Positions 8,195 through 16,555 of a DNA stretch of 24,000 nt are shown one piece after another (position 1 is the stretch's first letter; each line of letters begins with the position of its first letter). The stretch covers positions 341,632 through 365,631 of the forward strand of contig CAVTTB010000008.1 of NCBI GenBank assembly GCA_963737555.1. The letters are read 5' to 3'. The notes under the pieces were generated by a model. The model was not told where the DNA came from, did no database searches, and worked only from the letters and a program-made list of their open reading frames with translations. The DNA comes from an uncultured Gammaproteobacteria bacterium. GTDB taxonomy: Bacteria; Pseudomonadota; Gammaproteobacteria; Thiohalobacterales; Thiohalobacteraceae. The translations under genes were made by a program, and so were the position numbers.

Positions 8195-9814
8195 GCATGG
8201 AAACTGAAACCACGAGCATCGCAGCGCCGTTCGCCTGGCTGCCCAAGTTCCGGGAAACGCTGCAGAGCGAACACGTGCTGCTGCACCCCGACGCGGAGCA
8301 GACGCTCCATCCGGCGCGCACCATGGCCGCCGATCACGAAGACTGGGGGCGCATCGCGCAACAGGCGGCGAAATTCAAATTACGCTGGTGTGCCGGCTGG
8401 GCACAGGATGTGGGTGAGCAGATCCAGATCAACACCTGCTTCGTCTATCAGGGCGATTATCTGGTGCTGCGCACGGCTGTCGACAAGTCTACGTCGATTA
8501 TGCCCTCACAGACACCGGCCTACATCGCGGCGGACCGGCCCGAGCGGCATATGCAGGATATGTTCGGCATCGTCTTTACCGATCACCCGGACAGCCGCCG
8601 TTGGACGCGACACATGGCCTGGGGCGACGGCGATTTTCCGCTGCGCAAGAGTTTCCCGGTTGCAGGTCATCCGCCGGCGATCACCCCGCCCAACAATGAA
8701 TATAAATTCCTGACAGCACAGGGTCCGGGCGTATACGAGATTCCGGTCGGGCCGGTGCATGCCGGCATCATCGAACCCGGACACTTCCGCTTTCAGGCCG
8801 TCGGCGAGACGGTGCTGAATCTGGAAGAACATCTCGGCTATGTGCACAAGGGCATCGAGAAGATCGCCGAAGGGCGCGATCCCGCGGGGCTTGCGCGTCT
8901 GGCCGGTCGTGTCTCCGGTGATACCACGGTCGCGCACACCTGGGCCGCCTGCATGGCGATGGAGCGCGCCGCCGGCATCGAAGTGCCGCCGCGTGCGTTG
9001 CTGCTGCGCGCGGTGATGGCCGAGAGTGAACGCATCGTCAATCACCTGTGGGATCTCGCCATGGTGTGCAACGATGTGGCGTTCGCCTTTCCGTTTTATC
9101 AATTCAGTCGCCTGCGCGAGCAATGGCTGCGCGTGTTGGCGGCCGGCTTTGGTCACCGTCTGATGATGGACCGCATCGTGCCTGGTGGTGTCGCGACCGA
9201 TATCACGGCGGCGGCGGCCGAGCAACTGAATACGCTGTGTGTCGAGGTCCGCAAGGAGCTCGACGGCATGATGCACGTCTTCGACGACAACGCCTCGTTC
9301 CAGGATCGCGTGGTCACCACCGGCATCCTCAGTCCGGAATTGGCGCAGCTCTACGGCACTGTCGGTTATGTCGGCAAGGCCAGCGGCCTGTGTTTCGACG
9401 TGCGTCAGGATGCGCCTTATTCACCCTATGATCGCTTCAAAGTTGTAGCCCCGTGTTACAGCGCACGGCGATGTCGATGCTCGTGTCAGGGTGCGCATCG
9501 ATGAGATCAATGCCTCATCAGAGCTGTTGCAGCGCTTGTTGAACGAGCGGGGCCTGACCGCGGATACGCTTGCCGCGCCTTGGTCCGCGCCGGCAGACGG
9601 AGCGGAAGGTGTCGGCATGGTCGACGGTTGGCGCGGCGAGATTTTCGCCTATGTGAGTTTCGCGGCCGACAATCGCATTGCGCGTTTTTTCCCGCGCGAT
9701 CCGAGCTGGACCACCTGGCCGGCGTTGGAAAAACTCATTCGCGGCAATATCGTGCCGGACTTTCCGGTGTGCAATAAATCCGTCAACGGTTCGTATTCCG
9801 GTCATGATCTTTAA
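8185..9814 (+). CDS. NuoC-NuoD-like 'large subunit' homologous to HyfG/HycE but lacking all four NiFe cysteine ligands (Ehr-type, non-hydrogenase). Apparent +1 frameshift in the C-run at 9449-9452.
   Basis: Conserved core motifs: VGPVHAGIIEPGHFRF and EEHLGYVHKGIEK. The L1 site reads RVSGDTTVAH (nt 8908-8937) where RxCGxCxxxH is expected. The C-terminal site reads NGSYSGHDL* (nt 9785-9814) where DPCxxCxDR is expected. ORF 8185..9504 continues as ORF 9491..9814 one frame over: ...PYDRFKVVA|RVTAHGDVDARVRVRIDEINASSELL... ATG 8197 is an alternative start. Confidence 0.85.
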
Positions 9815-9893
9815 TACACTTTTATCCAGCCGAGGACGTGCAGTCGGCGGCTTGAATGCCGCGGACTCGCAGCTGCATGCACAAGGTCATCCC

Positions 9894-10403
9894 ATGCTGA
9901 GAATCCTCAATAAGATCCTCAAGACTGGCAACCTCACCGAGGCCCTGCCCGAAGACGAGCGCAAGGTACTCGAAGAGATCGGTGCGCAGGTCAAGGCCGG
10001 CATCGGCAAACGCTTTGCCGGCAGTCTGGCGATCCGCGCCGTGGATGCCGGTTCCTGCAACGGCTGCGAACTGGAAATTCACGCGCTCAACAATGCCATC
10101 TACAATCTGGAACGCTTCGGTATTCACTTCGTTGCCTCGCCGCGGCATGCCGATATGCTGTTGGTGACCGGTCCCGTGTCGCGGCATATGCAGACCGCGT
10201 TGATCCGCACCTACGAGGCCACGCCCGAACCCAAGCTGGTGATCGCCGTCGGTGAGTGCGGTGCCAATGGCGGCGAATTCGGCGTGAGCTATGCCTCCTG
10301 CGGTGCCGTGAGCAATGTCATCCCCGTCGATGCTGTCATCCGTGGCTGCCCACCCACCCCGTTAGACCTGATGCGCGGCATCCTGCAGGCCATCGGCGAC
10401 TGA
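9894..10403 (+). CDS. NuoB/HycG/HyfI-like small subunit with intact [4Fe-4S] ligand set
   Basis: 169 aa from ATG 9894. The ORF-track start at 9678 overlaps the large-subunit 3' end. Motifs: GSCNGCELE, VASPRHADMLLVTGPVS, VAVGECG and IRGCPPTP. Confidence 0.88.
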   Translation: MLRILNKILKTGNLTEALPEDERKVLEEIGAQVKAGIGKRFAGSLAIRAVDAGSCNGCELEIHALNNAIYNLERFGIHFVASPRHADMLLVTGPVSRHMQTALIRTYEATPEPKLVIAVGECGANGGEFGVSYASCGAVSNVIPVDAVIRGCPPTPLDLMRGILQAIGD

Positions 10404-10625
10404 TTGCCACCTGCACCCAACGCCGCGTTGGGCGGACACGGCGGGCGCAGTGCAATTGCTGATTGAGTTACCGCCGGCCGGTTAGGATTGATTGGCGGTG
10501 CAAGATCGTTTGGCGCGCACCACGCAGCGGGCTGATATCGATTTGGTGTAGTACTTGCCTGGATTGAGGGGGTGCTTCCCGCTAAGCGTGAACATGCCAT
10601 ATTGAGATTTTAGGAAGTTGAGATA

Positions 10626-11078
10626 TCAATCTCCAGTCTGGTGCAGGCATTTTTCGATCACGTGCTGCAAATCATCCAACACGGAACCCATGATGAGGCC
10701 GGCGCAGTGATGGTATAAAGAAAGCTCGCACGTGATCGGCTCATATAAATTATCACGTCCGTGAATTTGGAAATCTCGCCAAGCAAGTACTAACTGATCA
10801 TCTGCACAGCTATCGATGCAGAACCAAGCCTCATCGTACAAAATAATATCCAGGCCGCGATGTTGTTCCATGCTTAGACGCAATGGATTCTCCAGCCGCA
10901 ATAAGGCCAGGCGCACTCGGTTATAACATGCTGCTTCGATGTGCTTTGGCACACTTCGTAATGGCAATGTATCCAAGGTAGGCTTCATGTATTTACCGCA
11001 TCTGGACCATGATTGAAATATTGATTTCCTCAGTCGCGTTGGTAAGCGTGGTGCGAGTGTTGATCTTTGGTATGCCAT
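10626..11078 (-). CDS. Hypothetical protein (120-150 aa) immediately downstream of cbbX, with low G+C
   Basis: 150-aa ORF starting 5 nt after the cbbX stop, with an alternative start at ATG 10988 (MKPTLDTLPL...). I recognise no family. A hand count over 10621-10860 gives about 47% G+C, against about 58-67% in the flanking lines I counted. Confidence 0.45.
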   Translation of the reverse strand: MAYQRSTLAPRLPTRLRKSIFQSWSRCGKYMKPTLDTLPLRSVPKHIEAACYNRVRLALLRLENPLRLSMEQHRGLDIILYDEAWFCIDSCADDQLVLAWRDFQIHGRDNLYEPITCELSLYHHCAGLIMGSVLDDLQHVIEKCLHQTGD

Positions 11079-11082
11079 GCCC

Positions 11083-12018
11083 TCAACTATCTTCGCTATC
11101 GAGTTTGCCTTCTATAAAAACCCGGCTGGCCAGAATATCTTCGGCTTCGATGGTCATCAGGTCGACTTTGCTAAGTGATTTTTGTGCGTTGGCAAAGAGT
11201 CGATTGGCCTGACGCAGACGCGCGCGATCCAGAGCATTGCGCACCGAGCGCGCGTTGGCGAAATGTGCCAGCTTCATGCGTAGCGTGATGTACTCGAAGA
11301 AGGCCTTTTCAGCATCGGGGCTGAAGCGATAGTTTTGCGCCGCCAACATCAGCCTGGCGATGTGCAGCAATTCTTCTGCGCTGTAATCTGGGAAATCGAT
11401 GTGGTGCGCGATGCGCGAGCGCATACCGGGATTGCTGTGGAAGAATTTGTCCATGCGATCTTTGTAACCGGCCAGAATCACCACCAGATCGTCGCGGTTG
11501 TTTTCCATGACCTGGAGTAGAATCTCGATCGACTCGGCACCGTAGTCGCGCTCGTTTTCGGGCTTATAGAGATAATAGGCTTCGTCGATGAACAGCACGC
11601 CACCCATGGCTTTCTTGATCACTTCCTTGGTTTTCGGCGCGGTGTGGCCGATGTATTGGCCCACCAGATCGTCACGCGTGACGGAGACCAGATGGCCTTC
11701 GCGCACATAGCCCAGACGATGCAGGATCTCGGCCATACGCATGGCTACAGTGGTCTTGCCGGTACCGGGGTTGCCGGTAAAATTCATATGCAGTGTCGGT
11801 GTCTCGGAGGTCAGCGCAAATTGCTTGCGCAGACGATCCACCAATAGCAGAGCCGCAATTTCCCGAATACGGGTTTTGACGGGCACTAAGCCAATCAATT
11901 CGCGGTCGAGTTTGTCGAGAACTTCTTTTACATTCGAGGCTTCAAATTCGGTTTCAAGATTGACAGGGGTATCATCCGCCAAGATGGCATCACCCTGTGG
12001 GTTTTCTGAATTATTCAT
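11083..12018 (-). CDS. cbbX: CbbX, AAA+ red-type RuBisCO activase
   Basis: 311 aa from ATG 12018 (MNNSENPQ...). Motifs: Walker [75 protein letters not shown] and [17 protein letters not shown]. Confidence 0.93.
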   Translation of the reverse strand: MNNSENPQGDAILADDTPVNLETEFEASNVKEVLDKLDRELIGLVPVKTRIREIAALLLVDRLRKQFALTSETPTLHMNFTGNPGTGKTTVAMRMAEILHRLGYVREGHLVSVTRDDLVGQYIGHTAPKTKEVIKKAMGGVLFIDEAYYLYKPENERDYGAESIEILLQVMENNRDDLVVILAGYKDRMDKFFHSNPGMRSRIAHHIDFPDYSAEELLHIARLMLAAQNYRFSPDAEKAFFEYITLRMKLAHFANARSVRNALDRARLRQANRLFANAQKSLSKVDLMTIEAEDILASRVFIEGKLDSEDS

Positions 12019-12059
12019 ATAATTTTCCAACAACGCCGATAGTCGCGGGTTAGTAAAGT

Positions 12060-12083
12060 GGCGGGTGAAAGAGTTCACCCGCC
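12060..12083 (-). other. Intercistronic 10-bp perfect stem-loop between cbbS and cbbX
   Basis: GGCGGGTGAA (12060-12069), loop agag, TTCACCCGCC (12074-12083). No clear U-tract follows on the transcribed strand. Confidence 0.5.
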
Positions 12084-12102
12084 AGCACGTCAACTTACTC
12101 GA

Positions 12103-12537
12103 TCAGTAACGCTCGCCTTCCGATTTGTCAGTAGCATAGGAGTGGATGCTGTAACGCATAGTGCGCCCCTCAGTTTCCTGACGCACCAGGCCAAAGCCCG
12201 GCTCCTTCTTGGGCCGATTGACAAGGTACGACATGCACACGCTCTCTACACCGCGCACAGCGCTGAATGCGCTGACACGGATGTAATGATTCGGGAATGT
12301 CTTACGACAATTGTTTACTTCCAGCAGGATTCCGGCTGGATCTTTAAGATCGAACATCGGATTGCCAAACATTTCCCAATAGGTGTTGCGTGGGTGCGGG
12401 TCGTCGGTGTATTCGACGCTCAGCGCCCAGCCCTTGCCCAGTGCATATTTGATTTGCGCAGTGATTTGCACATCGGTCAGATCAGGCAGAAAGGAAAACT
12501 GTCCTTGGGTAATGCGATTGCCGAGATTGGTCATCAT
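12103..12537 (-). CDS. cbbS: RuBisCO small subunit (red-type, with C-terminal extension)
   Basis: 144 aa. Motifs: [50 protein letters not shown] and [13 protein letters not shown] ribosome-binding site upstream. Lies 20 nt after the cbbL stop. Confidence 0.95.
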   Translation of the reverse strand: MMTNLGNRITQGQFSFLPDLTDVQITAQIKYALGKGWALSVEYTDDPHPRNTYWEMFGNPMFDLKDPAGILLEVNNCRKTFPNHYIRVSAFSAVRGVESVCMSYLVNRPKKEPGFGLVRQETEGRTMRYSIHSYATDKSEGERY

Positions 12538-12557
12538 AATCAGATTCTCCTTAATGA

Positions 12558-14223
<1,666 letters not shown>

Positions 14224-15213
14224 ATGCGCCATTCTACATTCCGCCAATTAGAGGTCTTTGAGGCCCTTGCCCGCCTCGGCAGTTTCACGCGCGCGGCAGA
14301 GGAGCTGTTCCTCACTCAGCCTACCGCGAGCATGCAGATCAAGAAGCTCACCGATACGGTAGGTCTGCCGCTCTACGAACAAATCGGTAAACGAATTTTT
14401 CTTACCGATGCCGGCCGGGCGTTGCATGCCACCTGTCGTGAGATCTTCGGTGCCCTGGACAGTTTCGAAATGCAGGCCGCTGATATGAAGGGATTGAAAC
14501 AGGGTAAGCTGCGGCTGTCGGTCGTCAGTACGGCAAAGTATTTTGCGCCACGCCTGCTGGGTAGTTTCTGCTTGAAATATCCCGGTATTGAGGTGTCGCT
14601 CAAAGTGAGCAACCGCGAACGGATTCTGGAACGACTGAACGACAATCAGGACGATCTGTATATTCTGGGGCTACCGCCGGACGGTCTGGATGCGATCGCC
14701 GAACCGTTCATGGAAAATTTGCTGGTTGTGTTGGCGCCCATTCATCATCCGCTGGCCGGCGAACGCAACATTACGCTGGCACGCATCGCCAAGGAGCCGT
14801 TCCTCGTTCGTGAACCCGGTTCCGGTACACGGATAGCGGTGGAGCGCCTGTTCAAGGAACAAGGGTTGTCCATCAATGTGCGCATGGAGCTCGGCAGTAA
14901 CGAAGCGATCAAACAGTCCATCGTCGGCGGTTTAGGCATTTCTGTGTTGTCGCGACACACGCTGGCACTGGATGCCGCGATGGGACAACTTACGATTCTC
15001 GATGTGCAAAATTTTCCAATCAAACGCCAGTGGCATGTTGCCTATCCCACAGGCAAGCAACTGACCACCGTTGCCCAGACCTTTCTTGAGTATCTGCGCC
15101 ATGCAGCAGAGGTGGTGCAGGACATTCCCTGCCACCATGCCGAACAGGCCGGCGGCTGCCCGTTGATCACGATACCGGTTAAAACCGCTAAACGTAAGTC
15201 GCGCGGTAATTAG
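14224..15213 (+). CDS. cbbR: LysR-family transcriptional regulator CbbR (RuBisCO operon activator)
   Basis: 329 aa. N-terminal helix-turn-helix FRQLEVFEALARLGSFTRAAEELFLTQPTASMQIKKLTDTVGLPLYEQIGKRIFLTDAG. Divergent from cbbL. Confidence 0.88.
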   Translation: MRHSTFRQLEVFEALARLGSFTRAAEELFLTQPTASMQIKKLTDTVGLPLYEQIGKRIFLTDAGRALHATCREIFGALDSFEMQAADMKGLKQGKLRLSVVSTAKYFAPRLLGSFCLKYPGIEVSLKVSNRERILERLNDNQDDLYILGLPPDGLDAIAEPFMENLLVVLAPIHHPLAGERNITLARIAKEPFLVREPGSGTRIAVERLFKEQGLSINVRMELGSNEAIKQSIVGGLGISVLSRHTLALDAAMGQLTILDVQNFPIKRQWHVAYPTGKQLTTVAQTFLEYLRHAAEVVQDIPCHHAEQAGGCPLITIPVKTAKRKSRGN

Positions 15214-15464
15214 CACAGACGTATTCGAGAATTGGTCGGAACACAGTACGGTTTGCGGTCCGCCCGATCCGGCGCAGAAGAATTCCACGGACATGCGTTT
15301 TGGATGTGCGATGTCTGTCGTATTTTCGAAACGCGTCTTAACGATTGGATTGGCCAAGTGCGTATCAACCGCATCGCTTGAATGCAGCTACGGTCCCAGC
15401 GTCGCTTGCGCGTGGTTCTTTATAAGGTTAGCTTATTGCTCATTACCAGATGCGTGACAGGTTT

Positions 15465-15532
15465 TGTAGGAGCGGCCTATGGCTTCGAACCGTTGCTGGC
15501 AGTTATGTTCGCGGTCATAGGCCGCTCCTACA
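15465..15532. repeat. REP-like extragenic palindrome (copy 1 of a family)
   Basis: TGTAGGAGCGGCCTATG (15465-15481) and CATAGGCCGCTCCTACA (15516-15532) are perfect 17-nt inverted arms. The inner pair is CGAAC...GTTCG. The outer TGTAGGAGCGGC / GCCGCTCCTACA arms recur at 19437-19508. Confidence 0.85.
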
Positions 15533-15591
15533 GATGCCATATTTTTATGCAATCCTCAATATGCAAGCTAGCCTGACACATAAGCGGACTC

Positions 15592-16503
15592 ATGAATATT
15601 ACCCTCCGTCAATTGAACATCTTCGAAGCCGTCGCGCGGCACCTGAATTTCACCAAAGCGGCCGAGGAACTGCATCTGACCCAGCCGGCCGTGTCCATGC
15701 AGATAAAACAGTTGGAACAGGCTATCGAGCTGCCGTTGTTCGATCAGGTCGGCAAGCGGATTTCGCTGACCGAGGCCGGCGAGGAATTGCAACGCTACAG
15801 CCGACAGATATCCACGCTGTTACTGGAAGCCGAGCAGGTCATTGCGGAATTGAAAGGCATCCAGCGCGGTCGCTTGAACATCACCGTGGCGAGCACCGCG
15901 AATTATTTCGTGCCGCGTTTGTGGGCGACTTTTCGAATGCAGCATCCCGGGGTCATGGTCAGTCTCAACGTGACCAACCGTGAAGGACTGATTCGCGCGT
16001 TGGCCGAGAATGAGGCCGATCTGGTGATCATGGGACAGCCACCGGAAGATATGGACTTGGTGGCCGAATCCTTCATGCCCAATCCGTTGGTGGTGATCGC
16101 GCCGCCCAGTCACCCCTTGTGCGATGCGCGTCATATTCCCCTGCAGCGCATGAAGGCGGAAACCTTTCTGGTGCGCGAACAAGGTTCCGGCACGCGCTCG
16201 CTGATGGAGCGGGTGTTTGCGGAGAAGGGTTTGGAGCCCTCGACGCCGATCGAAATGAGCAGCACCGAGGCGATCAAACAGGGTGTAGAGGCGGGTTTGG
16301 GGTTGGCGCTGTTGTCCGTGCATACCTTAGAAATGGAATTGGCGTTGAAGCGTCTCGTGGTGCTGGATGTTGATGGTTTTCCGGTGCTGCGCGATTGGTA
16401 CATCGTACACCGCGCCGGCAAGCGCTTGTCCGCGGTCGCGCAGGCGTTCCGCGATTTCATGCTGCAAGAGACGCCCGCCATCGTGCATGTACCCGAGGTT
16501 TAA
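15592..16503 (+). CDS. Second LysR-family regulator, CbbR paralog
   Basis: 303 aa. LRQLNIFEAVARHLNFTKAAEELHLTQPAVSMQIKQLEQAIELPLFDQVGKRISLTEAG. Collinear similarity to the upstream CbbR along its whole length (e.g. FLVREQGSGTR, EAIKQGVEAGLG). Confidence 0.85.
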   Translation: MNITLRQLNIFEAVARHLNFTKAAEELHLTQPAVSMQIKQLEQAIELPLFDQVGKRISLTEAGEELQRYSRQISTLLLEAEQVIAELKGIQRGRLNITVASTANYFVPRLWATFRMQHPGVMVSLNVTNREGLIRALAENEADLVIMGQPPEDMDLVAESFMPNPLVVIAPPSHPLCDARHIPLQRMKAETFLVREQGSGTRSLMERVFAEKGLEPSTPIEMSSTEAIKQGVEAGLGLALLSVHTLEMELALKRLVVLDVDGFPVLRDWYIVHRAGKRLSAVAQAFRDFMLQETPAIVHVPEV

Positions 16504-16555
16504 GCGTGCGAGTCAGGCATAAGCCGAATGTTTTCACCCTGCGGATGATGTAACG

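Noticed and set aside
9678-9893. N-terminal 72-codon extension of the small-subunit ORF
   Set aside because: It overlaps the large-subunit 3' end in another frame and has nonsense-like composition. ATG 9894 (MLRILNK...) gives a NuoB/HycG-sized protein.
3034-10403. Calling the six-gene cluster a functional hydrogenase-4 / formate hydrogenlyase (H2-evolving group-4 [NiFe] hydrogenase)
   Set aside because: All four NiFe-ligand cysteines of the large subunit are substituted and there is no C-terminal cleavage peptide. No HyfH/HycF, HyfA, FdhF, hyp or protease genes are in the neighbourhood. The homology is real, but the enzymatic call is not supportable.
10404-10625. Possible small RNA or terminator structures in the convergent spacer after the small-subunit gene (e.g. 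CCCAAC-gccgc-GTTGGG at 10416-10432)
   Set aside because: It has only a 6-bp stem, no U-tract and no conservation information. That is too weak to call as a feature.
14932-15357. 141-aa minus-strand ORF in the cbbR / second-cbbR spacer. Also ORFs 15382..15576 and 15450..15983 (+).
   Set aside because: They overlap the 3' end of cbbR or the REP element and the second cbbR in other frames. None has a ribosome-binding site or recognisable motifs. The spacer is better explained as non-coding (REP plus promoter).
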